From assembly GCA_045646325.1 (NCBI GenBank), contig JAZRKM010000046.1, positions 29,405 to 93,404 on the forward strand: DNA of 64,000 bases, written 5' to 3'. This document shows positions 46,307-55,952 of this stretch, one piece after another. The notes under the pieces were generated by a model. That model searched no databases and was not told the origin of the DNA. It saw only the letters and a list, made by a program, of their open reading frames with translations. A program made the translations under genes and the position numbers. The DNA comes from Akkermansia sp. (GTDB taxonomy: Bacteria > Verrucomicrobiota > Verrucomicrobiia > Verrucomicrobiales > Akkermansiaceae). Every line of letters starts with the position of its first letter. Within the stretch, counting starts at the first letter, position 1.

Positions 46307-48498
46307 TGTTTCAACCTCTCATTCCCCTGCCTGTACTGGTACCCATTGCGATAGCGGTGGTGGGGCTTGTGCTGTGGCTGAGTCTGGCCGCGAGCCGCGC
46401 GCTCGGTGTGTTGCTGCGTGTGTTGTGCTCTCTGCTCTCTCTGCTGGCTACTATAGCCGGGTTGGCTCTGCTGCTTAACCCGGGGCATGTGGAGCAGCGC
46501 CCCTCGCCGAGTGCCCCCGTGTGGCTTGTGGCGGCCGATGTTTCGGCCTCGATGGGCTCCCCCGTGGCGGATGACCCGCAGGCCGAGCCCCGTAGTGCCG
46601 TGGCCGGGCGTGTAGTACAGCGCCTGGCAGAATTCCCTGATAGGGACGTACGCTGGATAGCCCTTGCAGATTCGGCGCGTACCTGCCAATCGGCTGCCGA
46701 ACTGGCCGCTCAATCTGCCGATGGAGATGGCTCGGCACTGATGGCGGCACTTGCCGGCAGTATTGAGACCTTGCGGCGCAGCGGGCGTACCGTGGCCGGT
46801 GCTGTGCTGGTGTCTGATGGCCGCGACACCCGCCCGCGCGCTTTGCAGCAGCTTATGGCCCGAGCCGGGGCAGCGGCTTGCCCCGTGCATACCGTGGCGG
46901 TGGGCAGCACCTGGCAGGCTCCGGATATCTCCGTGACGGTCCCTCACCCCTTTGTTCACTCATATCCCGGGGTGCAGACTCACCTCACCGCTACTGTGCA
47001 GAGCACTCGCATGGGGGCGCGGCAGGTGCTGGTGGAGCTGCTGAGCGCCGCCGGTGGTCCCCCCGTGCAGCAGCTGACTCTCAACTTGGAGGACGGCACT
47101 CCGGCTACTGCCGATTTCCGGCTGGAGGCGCGTGCCGGCGAATACCTCGTGCGGGTCAACACTCAGCCCGGCGAAACCTGCGCGGATAACAACAGCGCCC
47201 GCATTACCGTGCGTGAAGTCAGTTCGCGCATTCGTGTGTTCCTGGCAGAGGGCGCCCCTTACTGGGACAGCAAGTTCCTGGCTCAGTACCTGCGTGAACA
47301 GCCGGTGTTCGATGTGCGCTCCGTACACCGCCTGAGCGACAAGCGCTTTTATCACATCAACACAGGTGACGATGATGCCGCGCCCGCTGAGACCCCTGAT
47401 ATGCCCACCACGCCCGAGGCCCTGCGGAGCTACGATATTGTGGTACTCGGCAAGGGGATGGAGCATTTGCTTGATGCCGCCGCCGCCCGCGCGCTGAGTA
47501 ACTGGGTGCGCGAGCAGGGGGGTATACTTGTGCTGGCCCGTGGTCGCTGCCACGCCGGTCAGCTCAGCGAGCTTTCGGAGCTTGAGCCCTTTGTGTGGGA
47601 TTCTTCGCAGCCGGCATCGGTTCTCAAGCTGCAACCTGCCGCCGACGGGGTGAGCAGCGGATTATTCGGGCGTCTGTTGCCCGAGCCCGGGCATGCCGTA
47701 TGGCAGGAATTGCCGGAGCTTGAGGATGTGTGCGCGGTGAAGGAATTACGCCCGCAGACGCAGGTGTTGGCCGCAGCGGGCGAGCAGAATATCCCGGTGC
47801 TGGGTGTTATGCCCTGCGGGTTGGGGGCGGTTGCCTGTTTTAACGGCGAGGGGCTTTGGAAGTGGGATTTTTACCCCGAGGCGCGTGCGCGGGGCAATAT
47901 GTACCGCGAGTTCTGGCGGCAGTTCCTGCCCTGGGTGCAGACCTCGGCTGAGTTCATGCCCGGTTATGACCTATCCCTGCATGTGGATCGTGCGACTGTA
48001 CGCGAGGGGGAGGGTGTTACTTGCTTGCTGGGCTGGCGCGGGATGTCGCAGCCTGCCGAGGTGCGGGTGCAGGCCATCAATCTGACCGACGGCAAAGTGG
48101 TAGCGCAGCAGGTGGCAGTTCCTGTTCCTTCGACGATGCTGCCCCGCCGCCAGTGCTCCTTTGCCGCACTGCCGCCCGGTGAATACCTGTTGCGCGCCGA
48201 GGTTCAGGGAACACCTACTCCCGAGTGCCGCCTGAGTGTGCGCCCCCTGCCGCGCGAGCGCGATAACCTGAACGCTGACCCCGAGCTGCTCCGGCGTGTG
48301 GCGGACTCGACAGGCGGCAAGGTGCTGCCGATTCAGCTCAGCGATGAACAGTTGGCGCATATCTTCGCCATGCCGCCGGGGGTGAGCGCAACGGAATCCG
48401 TCTATTGCCCGCTGTGGGCACGTTGGCAGGTGCTGGCCTTTATGGTCGGGTGCCTGGGTATTGTATGGTTTATTCGCAGAAGAAAGGGGTTGGCATGA
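46303..48498 (+). CDS. vWA + GATase-like membrane protein
   Basis: Two N-terminal TM helices, ADVSASM, LVSDG, YDIVVLG..GGILVL segment, C-terminal TM helix. Confidence 0.78.
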   Translation: MMFQPLIPLPVLVPIAIAVVGLVLWLSLAASRALGVLLRVLCSLLSLLATIAGLALLLNPGHVEQRPSPSAPVWLVAADVSASMGSPVADDPQAEPRSAVAGRVVQRLAEFPDRDVRWIALADSARTCQSAAELAAQSADGDGSALMAALAGSIETLRRSGRTVAGAVLVSDGRDTRPRALQQLMARAGAAACPVHTVAVGSTWQAPDISVTVPHPFVHSYPGVQTHLTATVQSTRMGARQVLVELLSAAGGPPVQQLTLNLEDGTPATADFRLEARAGEYLVRVNTQPGETCADNNSARITVREVSSRIRVFLAEGAPYWDSKFLAQYLREQPVFDVRSVHRLSDKRFYHINTGDDDAAPAETPDMPTTPEALRSYDIVVLGKGMEHLLDAAAARALSNWVREQGGILVLARGRCHAGQLSELSELEPFVWDSSQPASVLKLQPAADGVSSGLFGRLLPEPGHAVWQELPELEDVCAVKELRPQTQVLAAAGEQNIPVLGVMPCGLGAVACFNGEGLWKWDFYPEARARGNMYREFWRQFLPWVQTSAEFMPGYDLSLHVDRATVREGEGVTCLLGWRGMSQPAEVRVQAINLTDGKVVAQQVAVPVPSTMLPRRQCSFAALPPGEYLLRAEVQGTPTPECRLSVRPLPRERDNLNADPELLRRVADSTGGKVLPIQLSDEQLAHIFAMPPGVSATESVYCPLWARWQVLAFMVGCLGIVWFIRRRKGLA

Positions 48499-51173
48499 GT
48501 GATTTTCGCACGGAATTGAGGCGCGCGCGCCTGGCTTGCTTTGTCGCGCAGCTGGCTTACGGGCTGGGCTGGTGGCTGACCGCCATGGCTTTGGTGGCAG
48601 TACTGGTTGCCCTGTGTGACTGGGGTTTTGTGCTGAGTGAGGAGCTGCGCCTGCAGCTTTTGCAGCCGGCATTGTGGTTGGGTGCTGTGTTGCTGCTGCC
48701 GGTGGTGTGGCGGGCCGTGGTGGTGGCTCGGCGCCTGCCGGTGGAGCTGGACTCCCTCAACGCCGACCCCCGCTGTACCGTCAGCAGTGCCCTGCGCCTG
48801 CCGCGGCAGAATAAGGGAAGCCTGGCGGACTGGCTGACAGGCAGGGCTTTGCAACAGGCGGCAATGGCTGTGCGCAGTGCCCGCGAGCATTCACCGGCAT
48901 TGCGCCGCTGGATGTTGGCGCTGCTGGTGCCGGTTCTCGCAGCAGGGGCGCTTATCGGCCTTTACTGTGCATCGCCCGCGGCGTTCAGTACGCTGGCTGC
49001 CCGCCTGCTGATGCCGCATGAGGATGTGCCGCCTTACTCGCCCTACCAATTCACCCTCACACCTGCCGAGCCGCAGGTGCATTTCGGTGAGGATATCACG
49101 CTGGCCTGCCGCGTGGCCGGGGCTCCGGCCCCTGCAGAGCTTAACCTGTTGCTGCGAAGCGAGGGTATGCCCGTGCAGGCGTTGCCGGTATTTGTGGCGC
49201 GTGATGGCAGCTACATGCGTGTGCTTGAGCATGTGACTGCCCCCTGTGAGGTGGCATTTGCCACGCCTGATGGCCGTGCCCGCTCACATTTTGTGCCCTT
49301 GAAGGTGAACTACAGCCCGCGCATTCTTTCCGGGCGCGCTACGGTGACCCCGCTGCCTTATACCGGTGAGCCGCCGCGTGAACATGTGCTGGGGGGCAGC
49401 GAAATCATCGTGCCCGATGGTGGTACCGTTGCCTTTGAGCTGCAGTGCAGCAGTGAAATTGTGAGCGGCTACGGCCTTTTTACTCCTGCCGGTGAGTCCG
49501 AACCCCAGCGCCTGCCCGCCCGCGCAGAGGGGAAGTCGCTGCGCCTGAGTCTTCCCCTTCGTACCCCCGGTTCGCTCATGTTGCAGGTGAAAGACTCCGC
49601 CGGGCGAGAGGCGGATGCTCCCGTACACATCCGCCTGGCTGTGCAGCCGGACACTCCGCCGACTGTCGCGATAACCGCCCCTGAGGATGGCTCATACCTG
49701 GTGGTTGGCCAACCGCTGAAGATGGAGTTGAAAGCTGAGGACGACTATGCTCTCAATCGCCTGACTCTCTTTAAAGCCCTGGCTCCCTATCGTCAGCACG
49801 GCCTCAGTGAGCTGCATGGGCGCCCGCGCTCACAGACTGTTGCTCGCAGTTACGATTCCGCGGCCATGGGGCTGAACCCCGGCGATGTTCTTGAGCTGCG
49901 CGCAGAGGTGGGAGATGATAACCCCTTCCGTTTCAACATCGTATCAACCCCGACCACTCGTGTGAATGTCATTTCGGCCGAACAGTACGCTGAAATCCTG
50001 CGCATGGAGATTGCCTATGATGAGTTTTTGTCTCGCTACGAACTTCTGACTGAAGCGCTCGGTCAGTCTGTGCAGGCGTTGAAGGATGCGGATGCCGCTG
50101 CGGCGCGCGAGGCCATGGAGTCCGCCCGCGAGCTGGCTCGCACGATTGCCGCGGATTTTCCGGTGTTCGATATGGATGGCAGGCTCTCCGAACTGGCCGG
50201 TCAGATTGCCAACGAGCTCGATGCCAACCTGGCGGAGCTGAGTACACTGGGTGACGGGGGCAGCGATTCCCAACGCCGCGAGGTATTTGACCGCATGCTC
50301 AGCCGCTTGGGCGAGCAGCTCACTTCGCTGGCGCAGGAAGAACAGCAGGCCGCCGAGCTCGCTCTGGTGGCCCGCGCTCAGGATGCTCAGTACCGCTTTG
50401 CCGAGCTGGTGCAGCGGCAAGCGGAGCTGGTTGGGCTGTACCGTCGGTTCATGAATGAGTTTGGCGCGGCCTCAACGTCCGAACCCGGCCGCCTTGAAGG
50501 GCTGGGCGTAGAGCAGCTTGCCATCTTGCAGGAATATGTCGCGTGGGAAGAGTCGCTCAGCCCGCTGCTGGCTGAGCTGGGGCAGCATGAGCGCTTGGCC
50601 TCCGTGTATCAGCAGGTTTTTGCCATGCGCCATGCCTGTGAACAGGCCGGGGTCGAAGGGCTTATGGACCAGGCCGTAGCCGAGAGTTCCGCACACCACC
50701 CGGCAGAAGCTCATTCGTATGCGGCGCAGGCTCTGGCCGGCATGGAGCAGCTGCTGAAGAATGAGTGTTCCTCCGAGTCTGCCAACAATGCTGCCCAACA
50801 GTGCCGCAACTCCATGGCCTCGGCCGTAGGCAGCACCCTTCAACAGTTGCTCGATGCCATGCAGAACCGCCGACGTGAGAATTCTCCCGGCCGGGGCGAG
50901 GGGAACGGCCGGGGGCAAGCCATGCGGCCTCGCGCCGGTGGTGGGAACCGATTGATAGGGCCCGCCCGCTCCCGCATGACCCGCGGCTCCGGCAGGGGGA
51001 ATAGTGCTGCAAAGGCCGGCGACGGTCAGCCCGGCGATGCTCCCGCGCTGCATTCACCGCAACTGCGCCCCATCGGCACCCCCGGGCCGGAATCTCCCAC
51101 CTATCGCGATATCGATACTCAGATGGTGCCGCCTACCTATCGTGATGCCGTTCGCTCTTATTTCTCCCATTGA
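48495..51173 (+). CDS. Large membrane-anchored protein with Ig-like and coiled-coil regions (DUF4175-like)
   Basis: Three TM helices, beta-rich middle (PDTPPTVAI..AEDDYAL), helical region, Gly-rich tail ending VPPTYRDAVRSYF; the family call is inferred. Confidence 0.7.
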   Translation: MSDFRTELRRARLACFVAQLAYGLGWWLTAMALVAVLVALCDWGFVLSEELRLQLLQPALWLGAVLLLPVVWRAVVVARRLPVELDSLNADPRCTVSSALRLPRQNKGSLADWLTGRALQQAAMAVRSAREHSPALRRWMLALLVPVLAAGALIGLYCASPAAFSTLAARLLMPHEDVPPYSPYQFTLTPAEPQVHFGEDITLACRVAGAPAPAELNLLLRSEGMPVQALPVFVARDGSYMRVLEHVTAPCEVAFATPDGRARSHFVPLKVNYSPRILSGRATVTPLPYTGEPPREHVLGGSEIIVPDGGTVAFELQCSSEIVSGYGLFTPAGESEPQRLPARAEGKSLRLSLPLRTPGSLMLQVKDSAGREADAPVHIRLAVQPDTPPTVAITAPEDGSYLVVGQPLKMELKAEDDYALNRLTLFKALAPYRQHGLSELHGRPRSQTVARSYDSAAMGLNPGDVLELRAEVGDDNPFRFNIVSTPTTRVNVISAEQYAEILRMEIAYDEFLSRYELLTEALGQSVQALKDADAAAAREAMESARELARTIAADFPVFDMDGRLSELAGQIANELDANLAELSTLGDGGSDSQRREVFDRMLSRLGEQLTSLAQEEQQAAELALVARAQDAQYRFAELVQRQAELVGLYRRFMNEFGAASTSEPGRLEGLGVEQLAILQEYVAWEESLSPLLAELGQHERLASVYQQVFAMRHACEQAGVEGLMDQAVAESSAHHPAEAHSYAAQALAGMEQLLKNECSSESANNAAQQCRNSMASAVGSTLQQLLDAMQNRRRENSPGRGEGNGRGQAMRPRAGGGNRLIGPARSRMTRGSGRGNSAAKAGDGQPGDAPALHSPQLRPIGTPGPESPTYRDIDTQMVPPTYRDAVRSYFSH

Positions 51174-51175
51174 TT

Positions 51176-51817
51176 ATGAAACAAATCCTACTGCTGTTGC
51201 TCCTGTTCACCGCGTTTCCCCTTATGGCGAAAGAGGGCGTGGTACAGTGCGGCAATCTCATCTATGCCGGAACGAAGACTTCGCGCTGTTTCAGCGATGA
51301 ATTCCTTAGCAGTGTGCAGCAGCGCACAGGCATCAACACCGCGCGGCGTTTCCGCGCCGTGCGCATGGATAACGATGAACTCTTCCGTTTCCCCTTCGTG
51401 GTCATGACCGGTGAGGGGAATTTCTCCCTCACCGCCCGCGAGCGCGAAAACCTGAAAAAATACGTCGAAGGTGGCGGGTTTCTGCTGGCCTCTGCCGGGT
51501 GTTCCAGCAAGGAGTGGGATCGCGCCTTCCGCCGTGAGATGGCCGAACTCTTCGGGGCGGAATCATTGCAGCCCATCGCGATGTCGCACCCGATTTTTTC
51601 CACCGTGTTCCCCATTACCTCACTGCAGGCCGGGGCGCGTCCCACAGCCGGTCATCTTGAGGGGGTGACGTACAATGGTAAGCTGGTCATTATCTACTCG
51701 GCGGATGGTCTTAATGACAGCGCCAACTCTCGCAACTGCTGCTGCTGTGGCGGCAGCGAGCTGGGTAATGCTCAGCAAATCAACGCCAATATCCTGGCTT
51801 ATGCTCTGTTGCGCTGA
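51176..51817 (+). CDS. DUF4159-family exported protein
   Basis: Signal peptide; FPFVVMTGEG.FSLT..ERENLKKYVEGGGFL; HPIF; NILAYAL. Confidence 0.8.
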   Translation: MKQILLLLLLFTAFPLMAKEGVVQCGNLIYAGTKTSRCFSDEFLSSVQQRTGINTARRFRAVRMDNDELFRFPFVVMTGEGNFSLTARERENLKKYVEGGGFLLASAGCSSKEWDRAFRREMAELFGAESLQPIAMSHPIFSTVFPITSLQAGARPTAGHLEGVTYNGKLVIIYSADGLNDSANSRNCCCCGGSELGNAQQINANILAYALLR

Positions 51818-51910
51818 CGCGCGTGCTCTCAAAAAAATAGAGGCGCGCTCCTTACGTACTTGCCAAGACGGTGAGTCTGTGATATAGTGAGGGCACGACC
51901 CATAATCTTT

Positions 51911-52381
51911 ATGTCTCAGAGCTCTGAACTTTATCGGCCGAATGCAGCCATTATCTACCAGCGCAATGATGGTACCGTACTGGTGTGCGAACGTGTGAAA
52001 CCCGCCGGGGCTTGGCAGTTCCCCCAAGGCGGAATTAAGAACGGCGAGTCGCCCCTCAGCGCGGCTTGTCGCGAGGGAATGGAGGAAACAGGTTTTCGCC
52101 CGAATGAATACGATGTCGTGGCTGAGCACGGCCCCTATCGTTATGATTACCCGCCCAAGGAGCGTGAGCGCGTGTTGCGTAAGCGCGGTATTCCCTACGC
52201 GGGGCAGGAGCAGTATTACTTCCTGTGCCGTATGCACAGCGATGCCGCCGAACCTTGGCTCGATAACAAGGAATTCCGCGATTATAAGTGGGTACAGCCG
52301 CGCGATTTTGACTTCGGTGCTCTGCCGGACTTCAAGCGTGGGGTGTACGAGCAGGTCATGCACGATTTCTTCGGCGTGTGA
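51911..52381 (+). CDS. rppH: RNA pyrophosphohydrolase (Nudix)
   Basis: YRPN, WQFPQGGI, Nudix box GESPLSAACREGMEETG, GQEQYYFL, EFRDYKWV. Confidence 0.8.
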   Translation: MSQSSELYRPNAAIIYQRNDGTVLVCERVKPAGAWQFPQGGIKNGESPLSAACREGMEETGFRPNEYDVVAEHGPYRYDYPPKERERVLRKRGIPYAGQEQYYFLCRMHSDAAEPWLDNKEFRDYKWVQPRDFDFGALPDFKRGVYEQVMHDFFGV

Positions 52382-53043
52382 TGGAGCCTATCGCTCACAT
52401 TCGTTCCCCGTTTGCGGACAAGTTCGGCGTGCCGCGCCAGCCCAACCTTGCCCCGCACGTTATCAGCGAGATTGTTTTTGAACCGCCGTACTGCAATCCG
52501 GAGTGTGTGCGAGGTTTGGCTGATTTCAGCCACTTGTGGGTGATATGGCGCTTCCATTGTAATGAAGCTGCTGGTTGGCACCCCACGGTGCGCCCGCCAC
52601 GGCTGGGGGGTAATACGCGGTTGGGTGTCTTTGCTACGCGCTCTCCTTTTCGCCCGAATGGGCTGGGACTTTCGGTGGTACGGCTGGTATCCGTTGAGCC
52701 GGGGCCTGTACTGCGGGTGAGTGGGGCTGATATGGTAGATGGTACACCCATCTATGACATTAAGCCTTATGTGCCCTATGCCGACAGTCTGCCCGCTGCT
52801 ACGGGCGGCTTCACTGAAACACCGCGCCACATGCTCACGGTGCAGTTCGACTGCAAGTTGCCGCCGCATGTTCCCCCTGACTGGCAGCTTGCCGTGAGCG
52901 AAGTGTTGGCTCAGGACCCGCGCCCTGCATACCAGCAGGACCCGCAGCGTGTGTATTTCCTTATTTTCAAACCTTTTGAAGTGAGCTTCCGCGTGGAAGA
53001 CGGTGTGGCTCATGTGCTGCGTATACGTCACGAACCGTCATGA
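52381..53043 (+). CDS. tsaA: tRNA m6t6A37 methyltransferase (TsaA/TrmO)
   Basis: KFGVPRQP, VRPPRLGGN..GVFATRSPFRPN, DMVDGTPIYDIKPY, QDPRPAY. Confidence 0.93.
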   Translation: MEPIAHIRSPFADKFGVPRQPNLAPHVISEIVFEPPYCNPECVRGLADFSHLWVIWRFHCNEAAGWHPTVRPPRLGGNTRLGVFATRSPFRPNGLGLSVVRLVSVEPGPVLRVSGADMVDGTPIYDIKPYVPYADSLPAATGGFTETPRHMLTVQFDCKLPPHVPPDWQLAVSEVLAQDPRPAYQQDPQRVYFLIFKPFEVSFRVEDGVAHVLRIRHEPS

Positions 53044-54158
53044 AAACGCGATTGCAGGCGGTGTTGGCGCAGTCTGCGGCCGAGGGTGGGGCCGGGCAGG
53101 GGTGCTCCGTTTCAGTTTGGCAGCATGGGCGTGAACTCTGTACCCTGTGCAGTGGGGAAGCCCGTCCCGGTATGGACTGGCAGCCCGGCACGCCGGTTCC
53201 GGTTTTTTCGGCCACAAAACCGGCGGCAGCGGCGTGTCTGCTGCAGGCACTGTATGACTGTTGCCGGGGGCCTGAGTTGGAAGTTGGCGATTTGTGGCCG
53301 GCTTTTCCGCTGCCGCGCCTGACGGTGGGGCAGCTGCTCTCACACCAGGGTGGGCTAGCCGCATTGGCTTACCCGGCACCGATTGATGATTTGGCTGCCT
53401 GCCGATGTGCTATCGAGCAAAGTCGTCCGCAGTGGGGGCCACCGCAGCATGGCTACCATCCGCAGACATTCGGGCCGCTGGTCGACATCCTCATGCTTGA
53501 ACTCACCGGTATGCGGGTGGGGGATTACTGGGAGCAGCGGGTTCGCCGTCCCCTGGAGCTTGAATTTTATATAGGTCATTTTCCAGCGGAGCTTGAACAG
53601 ACCGTGGCTTTGCTGCAGGCGCCCAGATTGCAGCCGGGAGCGCCGCGCAGTGAGTTCCTGAATGCTTATTACCGGCAGGGTAGCAGCGTGAATCGTGCTT
53701 TCCACAGCATACAGGGTTATGAATCGCCGCGTGAGATGAATACGCCTGCTGCTCATTGTTGTGCTTCCCCGGCTAAGGGCGGGGTGGCCTCCGCCCGCGG
53801 GCTGGCCGGGTTTTACCAGGCGTTGCTCGGCTTGTTACCGGGCTCTCCCTTCGCACCGGATGTGGTCGAGTGGATGAATACCCCGCAATGCGCCGGTACG
53901 GACCTCACCCTGCTGCGCCGCACCGCGTTCACCTGCGGGGCCATGTGTGAACCGGCGGAGTTTTTCCCCGGCGGTGGTTTCGGGCATGCCGGAGCAGGGG
54001 GCTCGCATGGGTTCTGCGTGCCGACGGAGGGGCTTTCGTTCGCCTACGTCATGCGAGATATGGAACCGGGCGTGCTGCCCGGGCCGCGGGTGAGGCGTTT
54101 AATCAGCATTTTAACTACCACTGACTTTAAGCTTGCCTTTTCAGACGGCTTGTGGTAG
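53040..54158 (+). CDS. Serine hydrolase, beta-lactamase/EstB-like family
   Basis: FSATK (SxxK), LLSHQGG, GYHPQTFG, FGHAGAGGS. Confidence 0.85.
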   Translation: MKTRLQAVLAQSAAEGGAGQGCSVSVWQHGRELCTLCSGEARPGMDWQPGTPVPVFSATKPAAAACLLQALYDCCRGPELEVGDLWPAFPLPRLTVGQLLSHQGGLAALAYPAPIDDLAACRCAIEQSRPQWGPPQHGYHPQTFGPLVDILMLELTGMRVGDYWEQRVRRPLELEFYIGHFPAELEQTVALLQAPRLQPGAPRSEFLNAYYRQGSSVNRAFHSIQGYESPREMNTPAAHCCASPAKGGVASARGLAGFYQALLGLLPGSPFAPDVVEWMNTPQCAGTDLTLLRRTAFTCGAMCEPAEFFPGGGFGHAGAGGSHGFCVPTEGLSFAYVMRDMEPGVLPGPRVRRLISILTTTDFKLAFSDGLW

Positions 54159-54188
54159 AATCGCCGCGCAACAGGCGTTACATAAAAT

Positions 54189-55874
54189 ATGAACACCAAT
54201 CTTCGCATCGCAATCGGTTCAGACCACAAAGGCGTGGATCTGAAGGAAGTCGCTGTAGAAATCCTCACGAACTGGGGGTATACAGTAGAGGACGTAGGCA
54301 CCGAGACGAAGGAGTCCTGCGATTATTCCGATTACGCCAATGCTGTCTGCAAGCGCGTGGTTGAGGGGCGTGCTGACCGAGGCATTCTGATTTGTTTCTC
54401 CGGTTTGGGGATGAGCATTGCCGCTAACCGCTGGAAGGGTATCCGTGCCACGCTGACTCGCACCCCGCAGGTTGCCGCGCTCTCCCGTCAGCACAACGAT
54501 TCCAACGTCATGTGCCTGGCTTCCGCTTTCGTAACGCCTGAAGATCTTGATGACCTGCTGCACACCTGGCTCGATGCCGAGTTCGAGGGCGGCCGCCACG
54601 TGAGCCGTCTGGCCAAGGCTTCCGGCTCCCTGCTGGCTTCCACCGACCCTGAGCTTGCTGCCTATATCGAGGAGGAGCATGCCCGCCAGCGCAACAACAT
54701 TGAGCTTATCGCTTCTGAAAACTTTGCCTCTCCCTCCGTGATGGAGGCTCAGGGCTCCGTGCTCACCAACAAATACGCCGAGGGCTACCCCTCCAAGCGC
54801 TGGTACGGTGGTTGTGAGGTTGTGGACAAGGTGGAGCAGCTCGCCATCGACCGCGCCTGCGCCCTGTTCGGCTGCGACTTCGCTAACGTGCAGGCTCACT
54901 CCGGCTCTCAGGCCAACATGAGCGTGTACCACGCCTGCATCAACCCCGGCGATACCATCCTGACGATGGATCTCGCCTGCGGCGGTCACCTCTCCCACGG
55001 TTTCTTCGCCAACTTCTCCGGCAAGCAGTACAAGGTTGTGCATTACGGTGTGAACCCCGAGACGGAGTGCATTGATTATGAGGATATGGCAGCCAAGGCC
55101 CGCGAGTGCAAGCCCGCGCTCATTCTGGCCGGTGCCTCTGCCTATTCGCGCACGATTGACTTCAAGCGCATTCGCGAGATTTGCGATGAGGTTGGTGCTA
55201 TCATGTTTGTGGACATGGCTCACATTGCCGGTCTGGTAGCCGGTGGCGCTCACCCGTCCCCCGTTCCCTATGCCGACTTCGTGTCAACCACCACGCACAA
55301 GAGCCTGCGCGGGCCCCGTGGCGGTATGGTGCTCTGCAAGGAGAAATGGGCCAAAAAGCTCAACAGCGCCACCTTCCCCGGTCTGCAGGGTGGTCCGCTC
55401 ATGCACGTGATTGCAGCCAAGGCCGCCTGTCTGGGTGAGGCGCTCAAGCCCGAGTTCAAGGAGTACGCCGCTCAGGTGGTGAAGAACTCCAAGGCTATGG
55501 CTGATGAGCTGGCCTCCCGCGGTTTCCGTATCGTTGCCGGCGGTACCGACAACCACTGCTTCCTGGTCGACCTCAGCGTGAAGGGCCTCAACGGTGCCGA
55601 AGCTCAGATTGCTCTCGACAAAGTGGGCATCACGGTCAACAAGAATGCCATCCCCTACGACAAGGGTACCACCGCCAAGCCCTCCGGTATTCGCATCGGT
55701 ACCCCCGCCGTTACCACTCGCGGTATGAAGGAGCAGGATGTGCGCAAGGTCGCTGAGTACATTGCCCGCTGTCTCGCCATTCTGGCCGGCCAGAAGGTAC
55801 ACGCTACGGAGGACGCCTACGATGCTCTGCGCGCCGAGGTCAGCGCCTTCAACAAGTCTTTCCCCATGCCCTGA
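54189..55874 (+). CDS. glyA: Fused ribose-5-phosphate isomerase B / serine hydroxymethyltransferase
   Basis: N-terminal [30 protein letters not shown] (RpiB); then [29 protein letters not shown] (PLP Lys) in one frame. Confidence 0.96.
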   Translation: MNTNLRIAIGSDHKGVDLKEVAVEILTNWGYTVEDVGTETKESCDYSDYANAVCKRVVEGRADRGILICFSGLGMSIAANRWKGIRATLTRTPQVAALSRQHNDSNVMCLASAFVTPEDLDDLLHTWLDAEFEGGRHVSRLAKASGSLLASTDPELAAYIEEEHARQRNNIELIASENFASPSVMEAQGSVLTNKYAEGYPSKRWYGGCEVVDKVEQLAIDRACALFGCDFANVQAHSGSQANMSVYHACINPGDTILTMDLACGGHLSHGFFANFSGKQYKVVHYGVNPETECIDYEDMAAKARECKPALILAGASAYSRTIDFKRIREICDEVGAIMFVDMAHIAGLVAGGAHPSPVPYADFVSTTTHKSLRGPRGGMVLCKEKWAKKLNSATFPGLQGGPLMHVIAAKAACLGEALKPEFKEYAAQVVKNSKAMADELASRGFRIVAGGTDNHCFLVDLSVKGLNGAEAQIALDKVGITVNKNAIPYDKGTTAKPSGIRIGTPAVTTRGMKEQDVRKVAEYIARCLAILAGQKVHATEDAYDALRAEVSAFNKSFPMP

Positions 55875-55894
55875 GGCATAGCGATAAGTTATTG

Positions 55895-55934
55895 AAAAAT
55901 CCCGGTCAGCCATAAGGCTCGACCGGGATTTTTT
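55895..55934. terminator. Bidirectional intrinsic terminator after glyA
   Basis: AAAAATCCCGGTC...GACCGGGATTTTT inverted repeat between convergent genes. Confidence 0.85.
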
Positions 55935-55952
55935 CATGAAATGGAGCTTGTT

